A stretch of 64,000 bases of DNA. Origin: Adineta vaga (Eukaryota > Animalia > Rotifera). Shown here one piece after another: positions 25,497 through 38,003 of this stretch. The notes beneath the pieces were generated by a model. The model was not told the DNA's origin. It did no database searches and was given only the letters and a program-made list of their open reading frames with translations. Every line of letters begins with the position of its first letter. Positions within the stretch are counted from its first letter, which is position 1. The position numbers were made by a program, and so were the translations under genes. The DNA is taken from positions 7,812,001 to 7,876,000 of the forward strand of contig CP075493.1 in assembly GCA_021613535.1 (NCBI GenBank), read 5' to 3'.

Positions 25497-25934
25497 TTAT
25501 GCTTTAATACAAATGCAGTCAAATAATGATAAAATTGGATCGTTTGGATGAGATTTAATCGATGTTAGATCGATTTTTACGAAGAATAGAATTCGAAACG
25601 TTTCTTGACTAGTTTCATATATTTCTGGATCAAGTTTATTGTCACATCCGAAAGGAATTATTGATGTCAATGTTTCATATGGTTGTTTTGTCAGAGAATT
25701 AATGATAATATGATTGTATAAATCTTTATGAATTTGTGAGCATTGTTCTTTAAGACGATCTAATAATGAAGGTAATCCGTTGAGCTGTTCAATTTTTCCA
25801 AAATTAAATATACAAAATTTTCCCTTTATAAGCGAATATTGTAAAGTAGGAAGAAGATTTCTTGTTAAATGGAAGTTTTGAAAGAATTTCTTTTGGCTGA
25901 ACTTCTTGTAATTGCAAGTCTTGAGATGAATCAA
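25497..25934 (-). CDS. Orphan ORF without an in-frame ATG; possible frameshifted or degenerate gene
   Basis: A 145-codon open frame with protein-like composition. An ATG frame just upstream (MTNIDSSQDLQLQEVQPKEILSKLP) overlaps it out of frame. Confidence 0.35.
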   Translation of the reverse strand: MIHLKTCNYKKFSQKKFFQNFHLTRNLLPTLQYSLIKGKFCIFNFGKIEQLNGLPSLLDRLKEQCSQIHKDLYNHIIINSLTKQPYETLTSIIPFGCDNKLDPEIYETSQETFRILFFVKIDLTSIKSHPNDPILSLFDCICIKA

Positions 25935-26777
25935 TATTCGTCATTGTTAAATAATGTGCTGTGAATGTTTAGTAGATTCAATTAAAACAAATGTCGCAAA
26001 TACGTGGCCGAATGATTCTTTACTAAAAGAGAAAGTAGAACAAACATAATGGCACAAAAGCACTTTATTTTTGTTTGTTATGCCTTTCGAAAAGGTTATC
26101 AATCATTAAATTGAAGAAAATCTAATTTTAAGTGAATTATATTGTAATCGAGATTATATGGATGAAGCGATTCATCATACTTTTTAAAAGTCTATGATTG
26201 GTTATATTTCATCATTGAAAAATAATTTCGAAATCACAATAAATAACAAAGATTTATTTGAAAACGTTTACATATATTTCGTGAGAATGATATGATAAAA
26301 AAGAAACGAAGAATTTGCCTATAATAATAATGTTGACAAAAAAACATCCGATTTGCATCTGAATTATTCCGGAACTATTGAAGAATAAATAGAAATAGAA
26401 AAGTGATATTTACGAAAAAGTACTCAATCATAGTTCAAATTACTACTAGAATAGATGGAATGATTGTAATATAGTATATCAATCGACAAAGTTATACATT
26501 TGAATATTATTTTCTTTGCATGTTTCTATCGGATTGTATCGAATTCACCGATAAATTCTCTACGAAGCGTATATTGAACTTATAATCCTTTCGTACGTTC
26601 TGATTACTATAATTTAATACATTTCTAAACATACTAAAATATAATAATGAAGTTAATTTCAGTATTTTTCGTAAAAGAAACAAAACTTTGTAACCATAAG
26701 GTTATTAAGTATAAAAGTTTATACTTGATAGAGTATCATCGTGCTAGAAGAAAAGAAATCTTAATTCGAGAGAAGAT

Positions 26778-27434
26778 TTATTTCAATTTCATTAATGCAT
26801 CCGTATATAAATCAAATAGGCAATGAATCGAACTGGAACGTTTTGCAATTGTTATTGCTGTTTCATTTAATTTATTTTCAATATTTACATTAATAAATGG
26901 ATGCATAAGAAGAAGTTGAATTATTTCTCGATGATTTTTTTGTGATGCTGCTAAATGCAATGCTGTTTGTCCACCATTTGTTTGACTATTAATATCAATA
27001 CCATTTTGTAATAATAATGAGGCTATTTCATAATTATTCCAAAATGATGCACAGTGTAATGGAGTCCATTTATCATCGGTAACTGCATGAATATCTGCAC
27101 CTGATTCGAGTAAATATTCACAGATCTTTAAATGATTACCACTAGCAGAACGATGTAATGCTGTATAACCATCGGAATCTTTTGCCTCAAGTAATGATCG
27201 ATCACGAGTAATATATTGTTGTACACGTGCAAGATCACCTTTCTCAACAGCTGTCAATAAACCTTTGATTGGATCACGACGAATATCTTTTTTTGACCAA
27301 TGTTGAATATCATTGTCATCCTTTTCCCAATAACTTTGCCATTTAGATGGTTCACCATTTTTCTTTTCGATAATTTCATCATATACAACAGTACTTAATT
27401 TATTTATATATTCTAATCGTTCATCATCATCCAT
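26778..27434 (-). CDS. ANKRD49: Ankyrin repeat protein, ANKRD49-like
   Basis: Ankyrin repeats DSDGYTALHRSA, DKWTPLHCASFWNN and NSQTNGGQTALHLAA match the ANKRD49 repeat pattern; acidic N-terminus. Confidence 0.8.
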   Translation of the reverse strand: MDDDERLEYINKLSTVVYDEIIEKKNGEPSKWQSYWEKDDNDIQHWSKKDIRRDPIKGLLTAVEKGDLARVQQYITRDRSLLEAKDSDGYTALHRSASGNHLKICEYLLESGADIHAVTDDKWTPLHCASFWNNYEIASLLLQNGIDINSQTNGGQTALHLAASQKNHREIIQLLLMHPFINVNIENKLNETAITIAKRSSSIHCLFDLYTDALMKLK

Positions 27435-28130
27435 ACCTGAAATAAATGCAGATTTTTTTTTCTAAAAACAACCTTTGTCAGTCATTATGAAAGCAACTTT
27501 TCAAAGAAATATCAATAGGACCTCGAATTATTCTGTCATTATTCTGTTATTTCAGATGATTAAATACAAATTCACATCTCTCATTTTTCTCACTTTTCAG
27601 TCTAATATTTTTCAAAACAAATGTATCAATTTATACCTTCCATTTCTTTTTGTAATTTATCTTCCACATCCTGCTGTTGTTGATCATTAGACATCTTGAA
27701 ATATGCAAATAAATAGAAATAAAGGCGCGTAGTAAATAATACATATTAGATTTATTTTTCAATAACTTAGAAACATTCTTTCTTCTCTTCTCTTGTATAT
27801 GTATATAAGAATGAACAATTACAATAAACAACAACATTTAATTGCCAATGAATGAGAACATCGAATATGTTTATCAAAAAAACGAAAGAAAGAAAACAAA
27901 CAAAAAGCAGATTTTGTTTTTTTTACAATAATCAATAAGCAAGAAAATCACGAGATGAGTTTAAAATACCATAGGTGCTAAATATCCACCGGCAAAGAAA
28001 AAAAAAAGAAAACATGACAACGGACGGTTTCTTTCCTTTTTCAGAAAACATTCAGATAGAAATCTTGACGATACACATCTGACACAAAGAAAAAAAGGGA
28101 TCAATAGAAATCAGAAGTTTTCCATTGCAA

Positions 28131-28709
28131 TTATAAGATAAGACATCTTTCACAGCACCCAAGTGATGTTGAATTTGGACTAGTAGTGTCTGATCGATGT
28201 GGAGATATTGCACGTTGTGAGTGTTCGCCTGTTCGATCTTGATGTGTGTCATGTTTATGTTTACGTTTTTGATCGCCATTTGTCGGTTCAGGAAGATTTT
28301 CACGTGGAACAAGATGCATCACAGTTGTTTTGCCTTGTTGAAGACGAAGAGCTCCTAATGTGACATTTCCATGAAGAAATCGTCCTTGATAAATTAATCT
28401 TAAGACTTCAAAACGATCAACTCGTTGTTCATTACACCAATCTAAGAATGATTATGAGAAGGAAAAAAACAACAACTATTGAAAAGAAGAATTCTTTTTT
28501 TTACCTGCAGGCCAATTTTCAAATATATGTTTTGCTACATCAGATGCGGTTGTTGTTGGTCGAAATTGAAATTCAGCTGTTTTACCACTAACAAGAATCA
28601 ATTTGAGATTAATCTAAATAAAACAAAACAAAAGACATAGCTTTATAATGCGAAGATCATTTTCAGATTTCTTTCTTACGATATCGGACGGTGAGGATTT
28701 TGATCCCAT
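28131..28709 (-). CDS. UBL3: Ubiquitin-like protein 3 (membrane-anchored Ub fold), 3 exons
   Basis: MGSKSSPSDI|INLKLILVSGKTAEFQF...IFENWP..LRLIYQGRFLHGNVTLGAL...TTVMHLVPRENLPEP, ending in a CaaX (CLIL). Confidence 0.95.
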
Positions 28710-29019
28710 TGATGGTAGAAAAAGATCATCACGTCTGATGAAACATTTTTTGAATAAATGATGGGAAATAAACAATAAACATCATAGGATATGAATGAAT
28801 ATTTAGTGATGTCACTACTATCGATGTAATCAACAAAATTCAAATAGTTTTCTTATCGATAAAATATTGTTTTTGTGTTGATTTAAATAAAATTTATTTG
28901 AAAAAGAAATTTAATAAATAATTACTATTGATGTAAAAAATAGACCAATCAGAAAAAAAGAATTTTGAATTGCTTGCTTAATTTAAAGCATTGGATTTAG
29001 TTATTACTCTTGTTCCATT

Positions 29020-31711
29020 ATGAAATTAACACAGAAAACAATTTTTCAATGTTTTGATAAATCTCAAAGACAATTACCAATTCTTATAAATGAAGAAGGA
29101 GAAGAAGAAGATGGTATGAATAAAAAATCGGATAAAAAAGACGACCGTCTCATTTGTTTTTTGAAACTTAGTGAATTGCGTAGGCAATTCTTGTAAAGAC
29201 AGAATTTTCTAGATATTATTTTCAATAGAAAGTATTCATCACTTGATTATCTTCTAACATAGTATATCAAAAACAAAACTCAAGTTTTTCTTTTCCGTTA
29301 GATATAGTTGAATGCGATCTTGAAACACAATCATCGACTGAACAATTAGAAAGTGAACCACGTCAACCCGATTTTCTTGAACCGATCCATGTACGTCAAG
29401 AAGGTAATAAATCATCACAAGATGCAATCATTCCCCTATTCAATCAATGGAAAGTAACAGAATCGGACGATGATCTACGATGTGGTCATCTTGGAGATTT
29501 CTATCGTATCTGTCCTTCGAAGAATCATAATGAAATCGTTTCTCAAAAAGTTCAAGTATTTCATTCGACTTGTACAACTTCTCTCGGATAATTTCTTACT
29601 TATAAATTTAAGTTGAAACATATCACATCGCATGAACGTCAAATGGAATTATTTCAACAATATACAAATGATGAACTAAGTTCCTATGCTCAATCTACAA
29701 TAGATTGGCCAACTATGTTTCAACAATTACAAGACTATCGAAAGAAAGCAATCGAACAAAGTAAATCATTCCGTTTCTTTTTTAGTTTCGTAAAACATGT
29801 TTTCTTTCTATAGATCAATACGAACAGTTGTCTTGGACGGAAATATATCGACCACGACATATGAAAACTTATCTTGGTAGTCATACAAAACAAATTCGAC
29901 GTTTAAATGAATGGTTTACTTATTGGACAAAGAAATTACATAATGAAAAACCAAAGAAAACGACACGAAAAGGACGAAAACGCGGTAGAGATTTTGATGA
30001 TAATTCTGATGAAGATTTTATTGATGAATCTAGTATGTGAAAATAACGATTACAACTGCTGGTAGTTTAGTATTATTATTTAGATATGATATATTACAAT
30101 CGATGTCAATTGAAACAAGAACATCCACAAATAATTTTTATTCATGGTGCTGGAACAACATCACTTGTACATGCTCTTGCAGAAGAGCATAGTTTCAAAG
30201 TATTTCTTTTTTATAGAGCAATGAATAGTTTACCATAAAATTCCTCAAAGGTAACAGAAATCAATGGATCACAATCTCGTGCACGTGCACCGTTACTAAA
30301 ACAATTAGAACAAGTTACCAGTCATCATTATTTATCATTAAAACGTTGTGTATCAGATACAATTCTATCATCAGGTAAGACAATGATTTAATCTAAATTT
30401 TTTATTGTTAGTTGTTTTTTTGTTTTATATAACTAGAAGATAAATTGAAAACTAACGTATCTTTACCAGTGAAGAAAAAAGCGAAGAATGAACGTGGTAC
30501 AATTATGTCATTTTTTAATAACAAGAAGACAGATCAAAAGGATGAACAGAAAGACAAGACTTCTCGTCATCGATCAGATTCCACGAAAAAAGTCAATACA
30601 ATTACAACAAGACGAAATACAAAACAAGAACAAGAGAAACCAATGCTACCTGCCGATTCTTCTCTGCATTCATCAGTGCATGTTGAAAAAGCTTCTCTCA
30701 TTCTTTTTGATGAGGTTTGTTATTCAAATAAAAACTATTTCGTAGATTATTTTAGTATTTTAATAGATTGAAACACTAACAGTAGATGATAATTTTTGGT
30801 CATGCTTAAAGAAACTACTTGAAACAGCAAAAAAACCTATTATATTAACATCAAATAGTCGAAGTAATCCTAAAGATGTAATCTTTAATCTCTCGAAAAT
30901 AGTCGACTATGAAATGATTCATCTCGAACCAAACGAACCGGTTTATTTGTTTTTTCTTTATATATATATATTGATAATTCATCTTTTCCCTTCTACATAG
31001 GAACTTGTTTATTGTTTTCTTCGACTTATACTCTTGGTTGAAATGCTCGAAGTACCTTCACTTGATGATCTCATAATTCTCTTTCAATCTTGTTTCTGTG
31101 ATTTACGTCGAAGTCTATTAACATTACAATTTCTTACACAATCAACAAGTATCTCCTGTACAGATTCAGTCTCTATCGAACGTACTCATAATAAACCAAA
31201 ATTGCAATCTTCACGTCTATTCAATACAATGCATTACTCTTATCTTGCAGAACAATGGGATGAATCAATACTAAAAACACTATTTGATGATCTTACACAA
31301 AAATATACTTCTGAATACGAACAATCTCATCTTTTATTAGAAAATCGTACTAAAAACGATTCGAAAAGGTAAAATGAAAGTTAAGCTCTATAAATGACGA
31401 TTTGTTTTTCATCATTTAGAATCGAATTGTATGATACATTGAAAATGTTCATGCAAGAACAAGACATAGAAAGTCTTATCAATCAATCAGCTTTTTATCT
31501 AGATTATCGACCATATATTCGACAAATGTGTCAAAATGAACAATCACGAGCAGCCGAATCCACTTCCACTCGACGGTAAGTTTATCTATGCAAAATACTT
31601 GATTCATATCCGAAGTTTCTTTCTTCTTCTAGTCTTCGACATTGTCTCGGTTTTCGTGGTTGTTCATTACAATGGTCTGATTTTGCAATCCTATCGAATG
31701 GTCTTGATTAA
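29020..31711 (+). CDS. ATAD5: ATAD5/Elg1 (PCNA unloader, RFC1-like AAA+), compact multi-exon gene
   Basis: WTEIYRP, LNEWF, ALAEEHSFK|VTEINGSQSR...LEQVTSHH, SLILFDE|IE, FWSCLKKLLETAKKPIILTSN, CDLRRSLLTLQF and LDYRPYIRQMC. PIP-like QKTIFQCF at the N-terminus. Confidence 0.88.
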
Positions 31712-31910
31712 TTCTACTATCTTTTTCTTTTACAACATTTATTATCAGTGTGTGCATTTTGTTCTTTAATACGAGATTATACATATATATATATATATTT
31801 TTGTCTTTAAAATAATAACAGTGTCAGATATATATTGTTTGATACACTTTGTAAACAAAATATAAAACTCTCTCTCTCTTTCTTTCTTTTTCTAGATTAT
31901 TTATTAAATC

Positions 31911-33337
31911 ATGGCATTTTTTGCCGGTAAGTTGAATCTGTTTGATGTATTGAGAAAACAACAATGAATATTTTGTAGGAGCTGCCAAAGATCAGATGCG
32001 TGCTGATCAATTAGTGAAACGACGTCAACAAGAACATGAACAAATGGAAATTAAAAAGAAGAAGATTGAAGAAGAAAATCGTATGCAAGCTATTGAAGAA
32101 AAATTCAAAGCACATTATGATGCTGTTGAACAGATGCTGAAAACAGATACTGTTGGTTTGATTTCATTAGATGAAATGAAGAAAAAACAAGAAGAGATTA
32201 TTCATGCACGAGAACAACAACTAGCGAGAGAAAAAGAAGCTAAACTTGGGGATTCATCGAAAAATAAACAAAATTTAGGCAAAAATGCAGGTTCACATCA
32301 ACGGCCAAATAAATTATCGTTTGCAGATGAATGGGACGAGGAAGAAGAAGAGCAAGATAATGAACCAGTGATTAAAAAACAAAAACAAGAACAACCAGTA
32401 AAAAACGAAGAAGTATGTATTGACAATTCCAAGTCAAAATTCGATCTATTCTCTAGTTCTTAAAACAATACATGCTTATTTTTAGCCCATAACAACAGAT
32501 GAACATTCCGAATCAAACGATGTTCCAAAAAATGAAGATGCTGATAGCAATGATAGCATATTAGAATCAGATCTAACAATTGCTGAACTTGATCAATTAG
32601 TTGCTGCAACAAAAAAGAAACGTCTCGGCAAAAATCCAGGTAAAATCAAAGATAAATATTCATCGAAAGATTAGATTGAAATTTTCTTTATCTTTGTAGA
32701 TGTTGATACAAGTTTTTTACCAGATAAAGATCGTGAAGAAGAAGAACGAATTTTACGTGAAAATCTTCGTCAAGAATGGGTTGAAAAACAACAAAAATTA
32801 AAAAATGAAGAAGTTGATCTTGTTTTCAGTTATTGGGATGGTTCAGGACATCGTCGTTCGATTCGAATAAAAAAACGAATGACAATACAAATGTTTCTTT
32901 CCAAAGCATTAGAAATTCTTCGAAAAGAAAATATGTTTAATGAATTAAAATCAGTTTCCGTGGATCAATTGATATTCGTTAAAGATGATGTTATTCTTCC
33001 ACATCATTATTCATTCTATGATTTTATTGTTACACGTGCTCGTGGTCGAACAGGTCTTCTATTTACGTTTACAGAATCACTTAAACTAAATACAATTATC
33101 GAAGTACCAGCATCAGCAACGACAACAACAGATATCAATGCAACTGATTCACCATCATCATCGTCAGCAAACGATGGTCAAGTTGGAGGATCATCAGCAC
33201 ATGCTGGAAAAATATGTTTACGTTCATGGTATGAACGAAATAAACATATTTTCCCTTCATGTCGTTGGGAACCATTTGATCCAGAAAAACGTTGGAATGC
33301 ACATGAACCTGTTAAAAATCGTTTTTGTATGAAATAA
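31911..33337 (+). CDS. FAM50: FAM50/XAP5 spliceosome-associated protein
   Basis: [32 protein letters not shown]|[44 protein letters not shown] and [20 protein letters not shown]. Confidence 0.96.
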
Positions 33338-33461
33338 TATTCAACATTTTCTGTTCTGTATAAATAACTGGACTTTATTTTCGTGTTAATATAAAGATCA
33401 ACAATGATGTCAAATTATACTAATTTTCTTTTTTTTTCTTTCGTTTATTTTATTTGTCTTG

Positions 33462-34752
33462 ATGCATATCGATCTTCTTTGTCTTCTGATTCTATTGGGT
33501 TATTATTCAACAATGAGTACTGCAAATACAACAACGACAACAAATCCTATCGTTGTTAATACATGGCCATTTGTAAATGCAACAAGAAATGCTTTTATTA
33601 AATTGATGAGTCCAGGTTCATCATGTCTCGATGCAGTTGAAGTCGGTTGTCGAACATGTGAAGATGAACAATGTGACGGAAGTGTAGGATGGGGAAATCA
33701 TCCAGCTGAAGATGGAGAAACAACATTGGATGCATTAATTATGGATGGACGTACAATCAGTGCTGGTGCTGTTGCTAAGTACATACAAATTTTTAAGTAG
33801 AATATCTCTATTATGGATATTATGAGAGATCTAATGAATTGGTTGATAGAATGAGTTCTTGCATCCAATACATGGATGATTGAAAAGATATCGAGAATAA
33901 ACATGAACTCTAGCATATCTTTCTAATCTTTAGATAGTTCGGAAAAAAAACAGATTTTTTAATTCTAGTTTACATCGTATTAAAAATGCAGTTGGTGTTG
34001 CCCGTGCTGTTCTAGAATATTCGTCTCATTCATTATTAGTAGGTGAAAGTGCAACAAAATTTGCAATTGAAATGGGATTTAAAGAAGAAGATCTTCATAG
34101 TAATATATCGATTGATATTTGGAATAAATGGAAAAAAGGAAACTGTCAACCTAATTTTCGACGTAATGTACGACCAGATCCAACAAGTAGTTGTGGACCC
34201 TATAAACCTCGATTAAACAATGGTAATCTTCTTATTTTATATATGTAGAATAGTATATTGTACACAAGTTTCTTTATAGATGACAATAAACAATCATCTC
34301 ATGGTCAATTACCAACTCGTGAACATGATACAATTGGTATGATTGCTTTAGATTCCAATGGTAATATGGCAGCTGGTACTTCAACAAACGGTCTTCAATA
34401 TAAAATTCCAGGTCGTGTTGCTGATTCAGCTGTCATTGGAAGTGGTGCTTATGTTGATAATGAAATTGGCGGAGCTTGTGCAACAGGTGACGGTGATGTT
34501 ATGCAACGTTTTGTACCTTCTTATCATGCCATACAATTAATGCGACAAGGTACATCACCTGATGAAGCTTGTTTAGATGCTGTAAGACGTATTGCCAAAT
34601 ATTATCCTAATTATACAGGTGCTGTACTAGCACTTCATAAAGATGGACGATATGGTGCTGCTTGTCATGGTATGGAAAACTTTCCGTATTCTGTCATGCA
34701 ACAAGGTTGGACAGATCCAAAAATCTTTCAAATTCCTTGTTATAAACCATAA
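33462..34752 (+). CDS. AGA: Aspartylglucosaminidase (glycosylasparaginase), 3 exons
   Basis: Signal peptide, [42 protein letters not shown], autocleavage site HDTIGM, GTSTNG and GRVADS. Confidence 0.96.
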
Positions 34753-34853
34753 ATGATTGTTTTCTACTAGTTTTTCTTTTTGTTTTCTAATTATCAACAT
34801 AAACCGTAATTTATTTTCTAACATTCCTGATTGATTCCAGATTTATAAAATAA

Positions 34854-36326
34854 ATGAATATCATTCAACATTCTTTAAAACTATGTAATCAATGTTATAT
34901 GAAATTTTCTGTTCGTTATATAAATATAAATATTATCAATGCAAAAAAGAAACCAGTACCAACAGTTAGTTTTGTTGGTGAACGTTCTTATCTTTATCCA
35001 TCTGTGTATTGTTGGGGATATATTGGTACAGGAGCATTAGGTGTTTTTGATTTTGTTAATAAACAACCTGATCCAAAACGTCTAGATACGAAACAACAAA
35101 CTCAACTTCGTCGTTCAATTCCATATCGACATCCATTTTCATATGAACATCGAATTAAAATTAGTCGTGTTGCATGTGGAAATGGTTTTACATTATTTTC
35201 ATCAAATACATTAAAATATGATAAATTATGGGCGTGTGGATTAAATACAGATAGTCAATTGACATATATCAAAGATCGAAATCATCCGAAAGGTTTTGGT
35301 GATTATATTATTGTACCAAAAATTATTCATCTACCAATGAAACATCCTCGATCGACAAGAATTATTCAAATAGCAGCTGGAAGAGCACATTCTGTTGTAT
35401 TAACTGATAATTCAGGTTAGATCAATGAATCAATCAACAATTTTTCCTAATGAAAATGATTCTATTTTGTAGGTCTCTTCTCCTTTGGTAATAATGCATT
35501 TGGTCAATGTGCTCGTCAGATAGTACCTGATGAAATCTATAAAAATAGTATGTTAATTCATTCGTTTAATATTGATTTAAATGATACGAATAATAAAATA
35601 ATTGATATTGTTTGTGGACAAGATCATACATTATTTCTTACAGAAAAAGGTCATGTCTATTCTTGTGGTTTAAATACAGATGGACAATTAGGTGTTGGTC
35701 ATTATGATTGTGTAACAAGACCAGAACGAGTTCGTGGTGATATTGAAAATGAATGTATTGTTCAAATCGCATCTAAAGGTGATTGTGTATTAGCTTTGAA
35801 TAAATCTGGTGATGTATTTGGTTGGGGTAATAATGAATATCGTCAATTAGGTATTATGAATGATCCTATTGATTCACCAGCATCATTACAATGTGCTCAT
35901 CCACGTCATCTTCGTTTTCGAAATAGTACATCATTAACAAATATTAAATGTATTGCTGCTGGTGGTTCATTATGTTCAGCTGTTGATCGTCAAGGTCAAT
36001 TGTATATGTGGGGCTTTGGTTTACTTGGTTTTGGTCCTAAGCATACAACGATCGATATTCCTCAAACAATGCCAATGGAATTATTTGGCAAAAATGAATT
36101 TAGTCAAGATGTTAAAATCGATCATGTTTCTTGTGGTTTACTTAGTACAGCAGCAATAACAACAGATGGTGAATTATTTATGTGGGGTAAAAATCGTTAT
36201 GGAGCATTAGGTGTCGAATTTGATGAAGATGCACCTATGCCTATGCGTGTCTTTGTGCCTGCACGTGTTCATTCTATTGCACTTGGACCTGACCATACAT
36301 TTGCTTTATGTAAAGGATATGTATAA
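34854..36326 (+). CDS. RCC1L: RCC1-like mitochondrial protein (WBSCR16), 2 exons
   Basis: RCC1 repeats VYCWGYIGTGALG, ACGNGFT, GLNTDSQL, AAGRAHS, FSFGNNAFGQCAR, CGQDHTLFL, FGWGNNEYRQL and WGFGLLGFGP. Confidence 0.9.
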
Positions 36327-37564
36327 GTATAAATAAACTATAATTTTTCAAAGAAATTTATGTGAAATATGTTACCGATTGCATTCATACAAAATCTATC
36401 CGTTTGTTGTAAAGTGGTAAAAGAATTTAAGACGTTCTAATGGAACATCTTTAACTTCCGCGCAGTTAAAGCGCTTTTATAATGACTTTGGAAAAGTATT
36501 ATGCAAGATTTATACAAAAGTAATTACTTAATTATAAAACTATATTTTCACATTTTTTCTTATAATAAATTTTAAAATGATTCACTTGCTCTATTTAACT
36601 AGCATCAAATTTCTATGTAATTGTTTTCTTTCCCAATGTGTTAGATCGGTGCACCAAACTTTATGAACTTAACACATACAAAGATAGCACATAGGTCATT
36701 TCGATATTTTTCATAAAGTAAAATATGATATATAGTGATTTTCATTATTGATTAACTACGTCATTTTATGGTGCATAATAAAGATTCTTTTATTAATTGA
36801 TCAAATTGCATTCTATTCATATAAATGAAAAACAATATCGCATAAATAATTCTCATTTTCTTAGCACGTTTCATCCTAATATAGAATATGAAGCAGTAAA
36901 ATTATATCGGAAGATGAACTCATTCTCAACGGTTCGGTTGATTGTTCTTCCCGGTAATCCTTCGTAGGCGTTTAGAATAGCAATTATTCGTAAAATTAAT
37001 ATTAGTATTTAAGTAGACACCCCAGAAAACTTTTTATTTTGCTCGTAAAAATAAATATTCAAGATCATATGTGTTAACTTATTATCTTAATATATATTTT
37101 ATCATTCTACTCATGTTGTTTCCAATATAAATTTGATAAAGACTATTAAAAAAACATGAGAATTTATTGTGATGTTCACTTTCTTTTCAAACAGTCCGAT
37201 AGCATGTTAACTATTTCAATGAAAACTTTTTCTCAATCATGAATAGCAATGACAGTATAACTATAAAAGAATAAGAAAGGTTCGATTCTTCTGGTATTAT
37301 ATATCATGATCATAATATTGTTAGAAGCTTTTCTCCTTCATCAACACTTCTTCTCATTAGTTCTTTTTTTTGTCGCATTCTTCTTTTTTTCACACTTGTT
37401 CTACCCACATCTGAACTGTGAAAAGAAGAAGAAAAAAAATCATGATATTAATTCTCACGTACTTCTTTTTCTTTATGCATCGTATAAAATGTCTGAGCTC
37501 GTCTCTTTTCATCATCTTCTTCATCTTTTTTAGATATTGAATTGTGTCTCTCGACTGAACATAA

Positions 37565-38003
37565 ATGACCTCGTTACTAATTCATATTCGTTGTCTTTTA
37601 TTATTCTTTATCCTCATACAATCTGTTTCACTTTATGAAATCTATGCATATGAACAACAAGTAAGTCAATTAAATATGAATTTCTTGTTCGTTTTTTTTT
37701 TAATTTATTTATTTTCATATTTAGCAACCAGTTTCGTCTTTCAAGGATGAACTCATTCCATCATTACAATATCAAAATATGGAAGATGAAGATACAATGA
37801 ATCAAAACAATAATGATAATTCAGAACTTTGGCAAATAAAATCGAAACGTTCAACAATTCCACAACGTCGTAACAATCGACCACATTGGAATCCTTTAAT
37901 AGCCGCGTATAAACGTTGTGGTGAATTAGTTTCACGTCCCGAACGCGAATCATGTTTCAAAGAAGCCGTACAAATGCTCTTTGTATATAAACTAAGAAAA
38001 TAA
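37565..38003 (+). CDS. Secreted neuropeptide/peptide-hormone-like precursor, 124 aa. Exons 37565-37660, 37725-38003
   Basis: Hydrophobic signal peptide, canonical phase-0 intron (GTAAGT...TTTAG), acidic spacer, dibasic sites (KSKR, RR, YKR) and a C-terminal peptide with two Cys. Confidence 0.7.

Noticed and set aside
28890-29000. CCAAT boxes plus TTTGAA (CHR-like) in the UBL3/ATAD5 divergent promoter
   Set aside because: Plausible for a cell-cycle gene, but the motifs are too short and AT-rich to separate from chance.
36900-37030. Slightly GC-richer patch with a partial inverted repeat; considered as an ncRNA or tRNA
   Set aside because: No cloverleaf, A/B boxes or recognisable snRNA/snoRNA motifs.
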